The translations under genes were made by a program, and so were the position numbers. DNA of 49,480 nucleotides from Octopus bimaculoides (Eukaryota), in assembly GCF_001194135.2 (NCBI RefSeq), contig NC_068981.1:5010251-5059730 (forward strand). The letters are read 5' to 3'. Below the pieces are notes generated by a model that was not told the origin of the DNA, made no database searches, and worked only from the letters and a program-made list of their open reading frames with translations. Positions 35,175 to 48,558 of this stretch are shown one piece after another (the stretch's first letter is position 1; every line of letters begins with the position of its first letter).

Positions 35175-36910
35175 GCATGGCTGTTGCTTCCCAACAATAT
35201 GGTTTCAGGTTCAGTTCCACTGTGTGGCACCTTGGGCAAGTGACTTCTATTATAGCCCTGGGCCAACCAAAGCTTTGCAAGTGGATTTCTGTCAACCAAA
35301 TCCACATGCAATGCTTTGGTTGGCATAAACTGAAAGAAGCTCATTGTGCATGTTTGCACGTATGCATGCGCGCATGTTTGACTGTTTCTTTGCCTTGGGC
35401 ATGGGTCACCGTCACATAAGTGGTGTCCTTCATTTCTCTTCATCTGAGACATTTCTGGCCATGGGTAAATATTACCTTACTTGGGGACAGGAAGGGTATT
35501 CAGAAGTAGAAAATCTGCACCAATAAATTCCGTCTGACCCCTGCAAGCTTGGAAAAGTGGGCATCAAAGTTATGATGATGATGATGATGATAAGGAGTTC
35601 CCAATTTTCTGATGAAAATTTGTGCACATAACATCAAAATCCTTGTCCTGGTATATAACCCCAAGGTGGGTTGAGTCAGCTCTAATTATGTTCAGAGCTT
35701 CAGTGGAAATACAAATTCACATGTGGTCCCCAGTCACATGCATACGCACTTTCAGATAGTGTGATCCGTAGCAGCTCATTTTGCTCTTCATTGTTGACCG
35801 ACACACAAGATTCACTGACCAAGGCACTGCTGATTATCGGAGGTTTGTAGTGAGTTTTAGAGACATGCTTTAACAAAAACTAAGGGGTGCTTTACTGCCA
35901 GTGGTCTTCCAGCACACCATATACCAACCCAGAACTTCAAAGGTCCCATGCTATTGCTAGATAGTCATTGAACCAATACAAGACTCAGATGCCAGCCCCC
36001 CACCCAGACTGGCTTCTGTGCCAGTGGTACGTAAAAAGCACCATCTGAACATGGCCAATGCCAGGCCCACCTGACTTGCTCCCGTGCCGGTGGCACATAA
36101 AAAGCACCCACTACATTCTTGGAGTGGTTGGCATTAGGAAAGGCATCCAGCTGTAGAAACTTTGCCAGATCAGATTGGAGCCTGGTGCGGCCTCTTGTCT
36201 TGCTAGTCTCCAGTCAAACCCTTCAACCCATGCCAGCATGGAAAGCAGACGTTAAATGATGATGATGATGATCTGTGTTTTTGCCAGGTCTTGTTTTTAG
36301 TTCTGCTGGGTTTCTAGCAACCCTTCTCACCAGGCAAGCCTAGTCAGGGTACCGGTTTCGTTGCTGATGACCCATGCAACACATTCTACTGGATTCCATG
36401 TTACCAGTAGCTCTCATGAGAAACCTCACAAGTGACCTGACACTTAAGGTCAAGATGATCACATTTGGACTCTGTTAGAAGATAAAAGTATACAATGAGG
36501 GAAATTTGGGTGACTGATGTAAGAATTATTTGGTCAAACTGGAAGATTCTAGAAAATGGGAAGGAAAAAACATTTTCATAATAGTGGAAGTCAAACCATT
36601 TTGCCAAAGTGTAAAATCCTGTTTGTTTACACCAAGTGGAATGTACTTAACTAAAAAAAAAGTTTATAGGAAATGTTTTACCTTTTAAAACCAGTCCAAG
36701 GCCAGTGGAATATAATTTGGTTATGCTTTACAGATTGTAAAGCAGGTTATAAAATATTTGCTTCCACAAACTCAAATTTAGGTCGCCATTAACTCTGTCA
36801 CTCTTCTCACTCTCTCTCTCCAGTTTAACGTCAATAAACTGATATTACGTTTGATTTGTATACAATCAAATGCAATAAATCATTAGTAAAGAAATGTGTG
36901 TGTGTGTGTA

Positions 36911-36956
<46 letters not shown>

Positions 36957-37786
36957 GAAGTATATTGCCACTTAAGTGTGGCTAACCCCTAGGGGTGGAT
37001 GTTATTGTTGCTTTTAGCCCCAGGAGGACATCTCCTCCAGCTGGCTTATCGACACACTACTGTGTCCAATATATATATATATATATATGTCTAACCTAGG
37101 TAAGCATGGGAAAATGGCCGTTAAAACGATGATGATATACGGTGGGGGAGGGAGTCAGGAAGTTCGCTTCCTAATCGCACAGCTTTGGGTTCAGTCCCAC
37201 TGCATGGTACCTTGGGCAAGTGTCGTCTACTACAACCCTGGGTCGATCAAAGCCTTATGACTGATGGATTTGGTAGTCGGAAACTGTAAAAGGCCCTTCG
37301 TGTGTCAGCCATGTGAGGAGGGGGAGCGGCCTGTACCTGTGTTTTTCTCAATGTTGGTGACATAATTATTGAAGAGACGAAAATGTCTGTCCACTTGGTC
37401 ATAGGTTTAAATATTACTGCAGCCGTTCTGTTATGTCGTTTAAAATTACGGAAGTAAATTGAGGGTAACGAACTCTCGGACACTGCCTTTTAAATAACCT
37501 GTTTTCTGTGCGCAACTAGCGATAATAGGTCAAAAAGTTTTATTCTTTTACAAATCTTATCTCATGTCTTCCTACATCGATACTAAAAAAACAAAAAATT
37601 CCTGGTATTTTTCTGGTAAAAATTATATGANNNNNNNNNNNNNNNNNNNNNNNNNNNNNNNNNNNNNNNNNNNNNNNNNNNNNNNNNNNNNNNNNNNNNN
37701 NNNNNNNNNNNNNNNNNNNNNNNNNNNNNNNNNNNNNNNNNNNNNNNNNNNNNNNNNNNNNNNNNNNNNNNNNNNNNNNNNNNNNN

Positions 37787-37865
37787 AAATGTGGATGGAT
37801 TAAATGTAATGTTAAACAGTAATGATGTTAGTGAATATTTAAAGATATCTGCAGATGGCCTTGAG
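37787..37865 (+). CDS. RSPRY1: RSPRY1 coding exon, 3' part only (5' end in N gap), [26 protein letters not shown]
   Basis: Donor GAG|gtagga. Matches [20 protein letters not shown]. The acceptor is hidden in gap 37631-37786. Confidence 0.93.
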
Positions 37866-37951
37866 GTAGGAAACATTGCTTTCACTGTTATAAATTAATT
37901 TAGAAAAACTTCCTTTGGTACCCCATAAAACTTTTTTTTTTTAATATTAGA

Positions 37952-38243
37952 CACGGTGGAAAATTGATTTCCTACCATGTCTTATAATAATAACGATGAG
38001 GAAGTCATAAAAATTAAGAATTTCTATTAAAAAAAAACTCCATTTCTGTATTATGTATATTGATGTCCCAAGGTTAGAGAAATTTCACAGAGTGAGGCAA
38101 TTTAGACACTAACGTTTGACAAACTGGGACATGAATATACATAATAGAGAAATGGAATTTTTTTTAGATAGAAATGCTTAATTTTTATGACTTTCTCATC
38201 GTTATTATTATAAGACATGGTAGGAAATCAATTTTCCACCGTA
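37952..38243. mobile_element. Palindromic MITE (arms about 119 bp, 54-nt spacer)
   Basis: CGGTGGAAAATTGATTTCCTACCATGTCTTATAATAATAACGATGAG... is mirrored at 38125-38243, ending CCACCGTA. Confidence 0.88.
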
Positions 38244-38305
38244 CTCTTTTACTTGTTTCAGTCATTTGACTTGCGGCCATGCTGGAACACCGCCGCTTTT
38301 GTGAC

Positions 38306-38376
38306 GCTTACAGCACCTAGGTTTCCCAACCGGTCACCCATCTAAGTACTCACTAGGCTCAACGTGATATGGCCGT
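38306..38376 (-). pseudogene. Internally deleted 5S rRNA copy
   Basis: Minus strand ACGGCCATATCACGTTGA|GCCTAGTGAGTACTTAGATGGGTGACCGGTTGGGAAACCTAGGTGCTGTAAGC, i.e. the 5S 5' end joined to the 5S 3' half. No T-run terminator follows. Confidence 0.8.
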
Positions 38377-41300
38377 GTCTAATATCTTTAAAAAAAATTT
38401 ATGGTTGGGTACAAAACGAAGTCTTTCCATTAATTTTTTAAGGCAACAGGCTGGCAGAATCGTTAGCCGGTCAGACAAAATGCTCGGCGGGATTTCATCC
38501 GTCTTTATGTTCCAAGTTCAAATTCCTCTGTGGTCGACTTTGTCTTTCATCCTTTCAGGGTTGATAAAATAAATATCAGTTGAGCCCTGGGGTTGGTGTA
38601 ATGAATTCTCCCCACCCCCGAACTAGCTGACCTTGGCCCAAAATTTGACCCCGTTATAGCTTTTTAGATGACTTCAGGATAGCAATGCTTTTGGACTCTT
38701 TTTTTTTAAGGTTTCAGAGATTGGTGCGATAAAATTATTCCCAGATTGAGATCAAAGATATTCTCCCTCCCCAGTGCTGTTGGGTGGGATTGAACGCAAA
38801 ACATTGTGGATGAGTACCAAACAGCTTAAACACATACTAGGCCTAATAAAGAAAATAAAAGTGCCATGGATTTCTTGTGGTGGTTGTGGTTAGCTGCTGG
38901 TGAATGAAAATGTCTTTCTAGCCCTGTGTGTGGAAGTAATTAACAACACACAAACAATTAACAGAAGATTTTATTTACTGCATTTGGTGTTTTAACTTTG
39001 TTGGTCTTTTGACAGAAGCTAACAGTGACATTTACACAGAGAGAGAGAGAGACATAATACTGGGAATTTAGGACAATTTAACTAAATGGGCTACATTCAT
39101 GGTGACAAAATCTCTGCCTTCCATCTGCCAATGATTGGTGAAGANNNNNNNNNNTATTTACTGCATTTGGTGTTTTAACTTTGTTGGTCTTTTGACAGAA
39201 GCTAACAGTGACATTTACACAGAGAGAGAGAGAGACATAATACTGGGAATTTAGGACAATTTAACTAAATGGGCTACATTCATGGTGACAAAATCTCTGC
39301 CTTCCATCTGCCAATGATTGGTGAAGAAATGAGAATGGAGATGTTGAGTGGTGGTCTCAACATTCTGGGGTCACTGCCAAAAACCATTTTCAGATAAGGC
39401 TCAAAGAGAAAGTCGAATCATACAATGGCTTGATGCTGATTGGTCAGTCAATTGGAGGATCACATGACACGACTGTGGTCTGATCATGGTGTCTGCTCAA
39501 CTATCTAGTGATTCAGTGTTGAATTTGCTACAAAGGCTTAATGTTTGGGAATTCTGACACTTCCACCAGTTGACATAAACCTTACAGTAGTCACGCCATC
39601 CCCATAACACAGTTCTACCAACTGATACAGAAAAATAATGGCTTCTGACTTTGGTGCAATGTCATAAACTTAAGGTGATATTCTCTTTCTTGGAAACATG
39701 GTGGGCAAAAGAAACAGCATCCATCTGTAGAAAATATGCCTCAACAAATTCTGTCCATTATGCAAGCATGGAATAGTTGATGATGATGATCTATCTACTT
39801 TAAAGTTTGATATTAAACTGATTTCATATTTTCTTGAAGTTTCTGAATTTCATAATATAAACTTACAAACTATCATCATCATCATCACCTGTGCTGGTAT
39901 CATGTATAAAGCACCTGTGTTGGTGTCCCATAAAAAGCCCCTGGTACACTGTGTAAAGGGGTTGGTCTTAAGAAGGGCATCCAGCTGTAGAAACCATGCC
40001 TGAACAGACAACTGGAGTCTGGTGCAGCTCCCTGGCTTGCCAACTCTTGCCACTACAGACAATGGAACCTGGTGTGGCTCCTGGCCTTACCACCTCCTGC
40101 CAAACCATCCGACCCATGCCAGTATGGAAAACAGACATTAAATGATGATGATCATCAGTATTGTTTAATATCCACTTTTCCATGCTGGTATGGGTTGGAC
40201 AGTTTGACAGGAACCAGAGGACTGCACCAGCCTCCAATTATCTGCTCTGGCTTGGTTTCCATGGCTGGATGCCCTTCCTAATGCCAACCACTTTACAGAG
40301 TGGTGGACTGGGTGCTTTTATGTATGGCACCAGCACTAGTGAGGTCACCGAGTATCTTGCAAAACAGGATCCCTCAACTGAGTGGTGGGGTACAGTATTG
40401 AGGGAGGTGGCTTTGTGTCAGGGGACGAGGGATTTAAGTATGGTAGAGGGACAGGAACAGGTGTCTTGCTGAAGGGAAAATACATGGCCACCCCAGCTAG
40501 AAAGAGAGAAAAGAGCTGGTAGGGGGCGTACTCCAAAGGTATAAGATGAATATGAGAGAGAGACAAACAGGGATAGAGGATCAGAATGGGTTGGGAGGTG
40601 GGCAATTAGCCTTTGACATAATACAAAGAACTGATCACTGTAATGACACATCCAACCTATACCACAATGTGAAAGAGGATTCGGTGATGTTAGTATTAAA
40701 AGCTAATTAGAAAGAGTAAGGTAAGAAATAATGTTGTTGCAAGTTTCCTGGCAACTAAGGGAGATAACTACGGAGCTGATTTGTTCTACTTTGGGATACG
40801 TAACTTTCTTCATAACGTCTGAATCAGTAATCCATCCTCACCAATTATTGTTTAACGTCCACTTTCCCATGCCTGCATGGGTCAGACAAAATTTGTTGAA
40901 GCAGATCTTCTATGGCTGGATGCCCTCCCTGTTGTCAACCTTCATCTGTTTCCAAGTAAGGTAATATTTCACCATGAAAGACAGGAAATAAACTAACATC
41001 ACTTTTACAATCATGATGTCAAGATAAACACACTGGTTATCTTTTACTTGTTTCAGTCAATAACCTGTGGCCATGCTGGGGCACCACTTTGAAGGATTCA
41101 GCCTAACAAATTGCTCCCAGTACTTTTTTCTTCTAATCCTGGTATTTATACCATCAGTCTTTTTTTTGCCAAACCATTAAGTTACAGGAATGTAAACGAA
41201 CCAGCACTAGTTGCCCAGCAGTGTGGCAGGGTACAAACACACACACAAAAAAATATATGCATGTGTGCAACGCACTTCTTTTAGTTTCCCTCTACCAATG

Positions 41301-41855
41301 GCTCAGTGGTTAGTGTGTCGGGCTCACAATCATGAGGTATTGAGTTCAATTCCCAGACCGGGCTGTGTCTTTTGTTCTTGAGCAAGACCCTTTATTTCAC
41401 ATTATCACTGGTGCCAAGCTGTATCGGCCCCTTTGCCTTTCCCTTGGATGACACTGGTGGCATGGAGTGGGGAGGCTGGTATGCATGGGTGACTGCTGGT
41501 CTTCCATAAAAAACAACCTTGCCTGGACTTGTGCTTTGGAGGGGAACTTTCTAGGTGCAATTCCATGGTCAGTCATCACTGAAGGAGGTCTCTATCTTTT
41601 ACCAAATCCACTCACAAGGCTTTAGTCAGCCCAGGGCTATATAATAGAAGACACTTGCCTGAAGCATTGTACAGTGGGACTGAACTTAAAGCCTTATGGT
41701 TGAGAAGCAAGCTTCTTAACCACATAGCTACATTTGCCCCTTTGGATCACTAAAAACCTTGCATCACATATTAGATGCCTGAGTAGCATAGAAGTGTTTA
41801 GAAATTCAGGGATGCCATCTGCATAAAAAAACCATAGTTAAGTTAGTGTTGACGT

Positions 41856-42418
41856 TTGATCCTTCAGCATTCAAACCAGCCATTTCAGGCCTAAACATTC
41901 GACCTGTTTTATGTTCAAACTGGCCAGATCTGGCCTCTCACACCTACCCTACAATCATCATTATCATCGTTTAACGTCTGCTTTCCATGTTGGCATGGGT
42001 TGGATGGTTTGACTGAGGACTGGTGAGCCAGCAGCTGCACCAGGCTCCAATCTGATCTGGAGGAGTTTCTACAGCTGGATGCCCTTCCTAATGCCAACCA
42101 CTCTGGGAATGTAGTGAGTGCTTTTTACGTGCCACCGGCACAGGGGCCAGTCGAGGGGTATTGGCATTGGCCACGTTTGGATGGTGCATTTTCCGTTCCA
42201 CCAGCACGGGAGCTAGTCGGGGCACTGACATCGGCCACGTTCAGATGGTGCATTTTACATGCCACCGGAACGGGAGCCAGTCAGGAGGCACTGGCAGAAA
42301 AATAAGCAATTCCATTATCAAAATCTCAAAGCTACATGATAATGCAGGATTAATGCAAAACAATGTGAATAGATAAGCATTAACATTTGATAGGATAATC
42401 TCAATGCCAAAGGATTAA
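41856..42418 (+). mobile_element. TTAA-type MITE split by a family B insertion (about 41955-42300, minus)
   Basis: The left part matches 5338-5440. The right part ends AATGCCAAAGGATTAA. Confidence 0.65.
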
Positions 42419-42477
42419 TGTAGAGAACATTAAAAATTTAATTAGAAATAAATGTTATAATAATAAAAATATCAATA

Positions 42478-42850
42478 CAAGCGCAGGAGTGGCTGTGTGG
42501 TAAGTAGCTTGCTTACCAACCACATGGTTCTGGGTTCAGTCCCACTGCGTGGTACCTTGGGCAAGTGTCTTCTACTGTAGCCTCGGGCTGACCAAAGCCT
42601 TGTGTGTGGATTTGGTAGACGGAAGAAAGAAGCCTGTTGTATGTGTGTCTGTGTTTGTCCCCTACCACCGCTTGACAACCAGTGCTGGTTTGTTTATGTT
42701 CCTGTAACTTAACGGTTCAGCAAAAGGATCGATAGAATAAGTACCAAGCTTTAAAAACATAAGTGCTGGCATCGATTCATTCAGCTAAACATTCTTCAAT
42801 GTGGTGCTCCAGCATGGCCAGTGTCTAATGCCTGAAACAAGTAAAAGCTG
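42478..42850 (+). mobile_element. tRNA-derived SINE, family A (near full length)
   Basis: Collinear with 94-488 from GCAGGAGTGGCTGTGTGG to GAAACAAGTAAAAG. Confidence 0.85.
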
Positions 42851-43039
42851 AAAGAAATGAATTGTAAGGGAAGTAACTGCTTAAATATGAATATATAATT
42901 ATTGTTCTTTTTGTGTCTTGACTGTAAGAACTTCATTACACACATACACACACACAAACAAGAATCATACAGCCCCGTGTTCTATTCTCATGGTCGTGAG
43001 TCAGTAAAGGGGTCTCCATAATAGTGATTGACCTGCTGA

Positions 43040-43440
43040 AGATAGATGATAATGTTCTCTCAATCATACAACTGACTTGGCAGACACCTACAAGATTATC
43101 CACCAGCTTTCCAACAACGACCACCACCACCTTGGGCACCTTTTATCAATTCCATATCTCAAACACTCGTGGACCTGCTTACAAAATCAAAAAAACAACA
43201 CAACACCCATGACGTTCAGAAACATTTTCTCATGCTCAGAATCGCTGAACCATGGAATAAACTACCCGCATCAGTTGTTAGCTGTCAAGACACTATGTCC
43301 TTCAAAACTTCCAGGCTCTCTGAAATTCACCAACAATACACCTGGTGTCTATCACCCACCCCCCACCTTTTTTAAATAATCCATTTACTGTTCCCTTCCT
43401 GTGCATTATTCTGTGGACTGTTCATGCACTTTTGGTTAGT
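43040..43440 (+). mobile_element. CR1-type LINE 3' fragment
   Basis: DLADTYKII...NTRGPAYKIKKQ...KHFLMLRIAEPWNKLPASVVSCQDTMSFK matches the CR1 ORF2 C-terminal pattern (TYKI..TRGH..R..WN.LP..VV..FK). Confidence 0.8.
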
Positions 43441-45249
43441 TTTTCTGATGAGTAAGTTCGTTATTATATAATTAATCAATCATTGGGTTATAAACTGTGC
43501 TTGCGAAGACCTGTTGAGTCAAGTGAAGTCATTGTCATGGCCGATGACAGTACCGCCTGATTGGCATGTAAAAAGCACCATTCGAGTGTGGTCGATGTCA
43601 GTGCCGCCTGACTGGCTCCCATACTGGTGGTACGGAAAAAGCACCATTCGAGCATGGTCATTGCCAGTACTGCCTGACTGGCCCTCATGTTGGTGGCACG
43701 TAAAAAACACCCACTACACTCTCAGAGTTGGTGCTAGGAAGGGCATCCCGCTGTAAAAACTCTGCCAGCTCAGATTGGAGCCTGGCTCAGCCTTCTGACT
43801 TGCCAGTCCCCAGTCGAATTGTCCAACCCATGTCAGCATGAAAAGCGGATGTTAAACAACGATGATGACGAACTTATACCTTACTATCTTAAATAAGAAA
43901 AGGACACATTAACCGTTTTGAGACCAACCTATCGGAGACTGGCTGCCCCTGGTTTCAAAGTGATCTAAATTGAAAAACCTTCCATCAAAATTCTGGTTTC
44001 AAACCCCAAATTATTATTGACATTTCTTTTACTCGTTTCTTTATTATTTTCCAAATTAATTAAAGCAAAGGCAGTGTATTTCATCAGAAATGTGGCAACA
44101 AAAGGTTTTAAGCAATCATTATCATTTAACATCCATTTTCCATGCTGGCATGGGTTGGGCAGTTTGAATGGAGCTGGCAAGACAGAGGGCAGCACCAAGC
44201 TCCATTTCTCTGTTTTAGCATGGTTTCTATGGTTTGATGCCCTTTCCAATGCCAACCACTTCACAGACTGTACGTGATGTTTTTTATGTAATGCCTGCAG
44301 AGGTACCTTTTACACATCACCACCATGGTTGTTCTTTATGTGGCGCCAACACAGGTTCTTTTGACATGACACCTGCATGGGCACTTTTTATGTGACATCA
44401 GCACAGGAGCTTTCCATGTAGCATTTTCTGTAGGGCACTGTCATGGGCAATTCCTACATGGTGCCAGCAAGGGTGCTTTTTATGTAAAACCAACAATATA
44501 GTTCTATATACCCCCTAAAAACATGAGGTGATCATGGCTGTAGTACCTGTACTACCTGTTTTAAATCGGGTTTGATCTGAGACTAAACTATACACTTTGT
44601 TGTTCTGAACACAAATCTTGCCTTTCCATTTACTGTATAGTGACAGTGGTGGTGGTCATGGTCATTTAAAATAAATTCCAGTTTTGTACTGAGGACTTAA
44701 TTCTTTTGACTTTACTCCTTCTTAGAGTGTTTAGTCATCACTCACATGCAAGGATGGATTGGTGACATATGCCATGCTTTCACAAGTTAGCGTCTGTATA
44801 GTCACAAGCCATCATAGAACTTCCTGGTTCGGTACCTTCAGTCAAGCCCTTTAAACGTGTCACCCACTTCATTTCCCAGGGGCATCATTTCTCTATTAAG
44901 CTTCCTGTTACTCATAACTCCCTTTATTCTAATAACTTCTTTCCTCTCAAACTGCTGTCGTCTGCAACTCACTACCCATCATCTTCTTTCCCTCTGCTCT
45001 ATGGCATTCACTCCTTTAACCCTTTCACACTCATAATTCTCTTAAAACTAATATTTATTGATCCACATTGATTTTAATTAATTATGCATTGTCTCATAGC
45101 TTTGAGATTTCAATGATATGATTGTTAGCTTTAGATTGACATTGTAGGTTAAATGTGAGTGGGGCCAGATTTGGTTGATTTGATCATGAAACAGGTAGAA
45201 TTTTGGCCCCATCTGACCAGTTTAAATGCCAAAGAGTTAAATCTTAACT

Positions 45250-45341
45250 ATTTACATTATTTACATTTGACGGATATTTGTCCTCATCTTGTTTGTTGTT
45301 AACACAACGTTTCGGCTGATATACCCTCCAGCCTTCATCAG
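45250..45341 (-). mobile_element. Third fragment of the composite element, with an intact hammerhead core but no stem I 5' strand
   Basis: Minus strand CTGATGA-A-GGCTG GAGGGTATAT CAGCC-GAAA-CG-TT-GTGTT; truncated immediately 5' of CTGATGA. Confidence 0.7.
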
Positions 45342-45384
45342 TTAATAGAAAAAATCCTAATATGTTGTGCTGATAATTAAATCA

Positions 45385-45590
45385 CAAGGGATCAGGGCCC
45401 AGAAACCTCAGCACCCACTTTGTGAAAGATGTGTGAATGGGGAAAAGAGGTGGGAGGGACCAGAGAAGACACTGGTTGGAGGATATCAAAGAATGGAGCA
45501 GAAGACTGAAATCATTTGGAAAGAGATGGTACATGTGTTCATGGTCCCTGGCCCTCGGCAATTGGGATGGTAATTGGCAAGGCATGCTTA
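45385..45590 (+). mobile_element. RTE-type LINE 3' remnant
   Basis: GKRGGRDQRRHWLEDIKEW resembles the RTE C-terminal GKR.RGRPR..W.DDI..W motif. Confidence 0.6.
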
Positions 45591-45916
45591 ATGACTGTAC
45601 TCCTCATCATCATCGTTTAACGTCCACTTTCCCTGCTGGCAAGTCAGAAGGCTGCACCAGGCTCCAATCCGATCTGGTGAGGTTTCTACACTGGAATGTC
45701 CTTCCTAATGCCAACCACTCCAAGAGTGTAGTGGGTGCTTTTTACGTGCCACCAGCACAGGAGCCAGTCAGGCAGTACTGGCATCGACCACATTTGAATG
45801 GTGCTTTTTACATACCACTGGCACAGGAGCCAGTCAGGTGACACTAGCAATGACACTGTTAAATCGAATCTCGCTGCACTGATAATTAAAGCCCATAGCT
45901 ATTATTTTGGCAGTAA

Positions 45917-46162
<246 letters not shown>

Positions 46163-46318
46163 TGATTGGTTCTATAAGGGCTTAAAACCCACAGTCCATC
46201 TGGCCCTTAGGGGTCCATGTAAGGGTTTTTGTTAAAGTTTATCTGCAATAAATTGGTTAAACTTCTACAAAACAAAATCTTTTAACAATTTTTTTTTATA
46301 CAGTTCCTTATAATATTT

Positions 46319-46706
46319 CATCATCATCATCGTTTAACGTCTGTTTTCCATGCTGGCATGGGTTGGACGATTCGACTGAGGACTGGTGGAACCCGAAGGC
46401 TGCGCCAGGCTCCAATCTGATCTGGCAGAGTTTCTACAGCTGGATGCCCTTCCTAACACCAACCACTCTGAGAGTGTAGTGGGTGCTTTTACGTGTCACC
46501 AGCACCCTGACTGGCCTTCGTGCCGGTGGCACATAAAAAGCACCCACTACACTCTCGGAGTGGCTGGTGTTAGGAAGGGCATCCAGCTGTAGAAACTCTG
46601 CCAAATCGGACTGGAGCCTGGTGTTGCCATCCGGTTTCACCAGTCCTCAGTCAAATCGTCCAACCCATGCTAGCATGGAAAGCGGACGTTAAACGATGAT
46701 GATGAT
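46319..46706. repeat. Family B head-to-head palindrome (187-bp arms, 14-nt spacer)
   Basis: 46319-46505 is the reverse complement of 46520-46706 apart from scattered mismatches. Confidence 0.9.
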
Positions 46707-48303
46707 ATATATATATATATATATATACAATNNNNNNNNNNNNNNNNNNNNNNNNNNNNNNNNNNNNNNNNNNNNNNNNNNNNNNNNNNNNNNNNNNNNN
46801 NNNNNNNNNNNNNNNNNNNNNNNNNNNNNNNNNNNNNNNNNNNNNNNNNNNNNNNNNNNNNNNNNNNNNNNNNNNNNNNNNNNNNNNNNNNNNNNNNNNN
46901 NNNNNNNNNNNNNNNNNNNNNNNNNNNNNNNNNNNNNNNNNNNNNNNNNNNNNNNNNNNNNNNNNNNNNNNNNNNNNNNNNNNNNNNNNNNNNNNNNNNN
47001 NNNNNNNNNNNNNNNNNNNNNNNNNNNNNNNNNNNNNNNNNNNNNNNNNNNNNNNNNNNNNNNNNNNNNNNNNNNNNNNNNNNNNNNNNNNNNNNNNNNN
47101 NNNNNNNNNNNNNNNNNNNNNNNNNNNNNNNNNNNNNNNNNNNNNNNNNNNNNNNNNNNNNNNNNNNNNNNNNNNNNNNNNNNNNNNNNNNNNNNNNNNN
47201 NNNNNNNNNNNNNNNNNNNNNNNNNNNNNNNNNNNNNNNNNNNNNNNNNNNNNNNNNNNNNNNNNNNNNNNNNNNNNNNNNNNNNNNTATATATATATAT
47301 ATCTGAGTGGTTGGCGTTAGGAAGGGCATCCAGCTGTAGAAACTCTGCCAAATCGGACTGGAGCCTGGTGTTGCCATCCGGTTTCACCAGTCCTCAGTCA
47401 AATCGTCCAACCCATGCTAGCATGGAAAGCGGACGTTAAACGATGATGATGATATATATATATATATATATATACAATGGGCTTCCAACAGTTTCCATCT
47501 ATCTATCAAATCCAGTGATCAACCTGGAGCAATAATAGAAGACACTAACGAAGGATGCTGCCTAGTAGGACTGAACCCAAACCCACCTGGTTACCAAGTG
47601 AACTTCTTAACCAAACAACTATGTCTATTTGCTTGCACTCTGTCAGTTACAACCACGAGGGTTGCAAGTGACTGAGTATTCCACAGACACACACATACCC
47701 ATCACATAGTTCTCAGGGAGACTCAGCATGACACAGAATGTGACAAGGCTGGTCCCTTTGAAATACAGGGACTCCTCATTTTAGCCAGCTGAGGGGACTG
47801 GAGCAACATGAAATAAAGTGGCAGACAAGCATGGTCGATGCCAGTACCACCTAACTGGCTCATGTGCTGGTGGCATGTAAAAAGCACCATTCGAGCATGG
47901 TGCATGGCCGATGCCAGTGCTGCCTGACTGGCTCCTGTGCCGGTGGCACATACAAAGCACCCACTACACTCTCGGAGTGGTTGATGTTAGGAAGGGCATC
48001 CAGCTGTAGAAACCTTGCCAGATCAGAATGGTTTGACTGAGGATTGGCAAGCCAGAAGGCTGCACCAGGCTCCAATCCTCAGTCAAACCATTCAACCCAT
48101 GCCAGCATGGAAAATAGACATAAAAAGATGAAGAAGAAGAAAAGGCATTTTTAACAAATTAAAACACATCAACCTAGTTTGTATTATTTCACAGAATCCT
48201 CTAATCACAGGAGTAAACAACTACATTCTCTGATACATTTTTGAAGTTATTTTTAAATAAAATATTTAATGAAAATAAAATGACTTTTTTTTTTTCATAT
48301 TAA

Positions 48304-48558
<255 letters not shown>

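Noticed and set aside
38974-39326. Direct duplication of about 170 bp
   Set aside because: Near-identical copies flank a 10-N gap, typical of an unmerged contig overlap. The same applies to 3628-3727 and 17899-18050.
46555-47477. Near-identical family B 3' copy on both sides of a long gap
   Set aside because: It shares private variants and flanking (AT)n-CAAT across the gap; likely a scaffolding or haplotype duplication.
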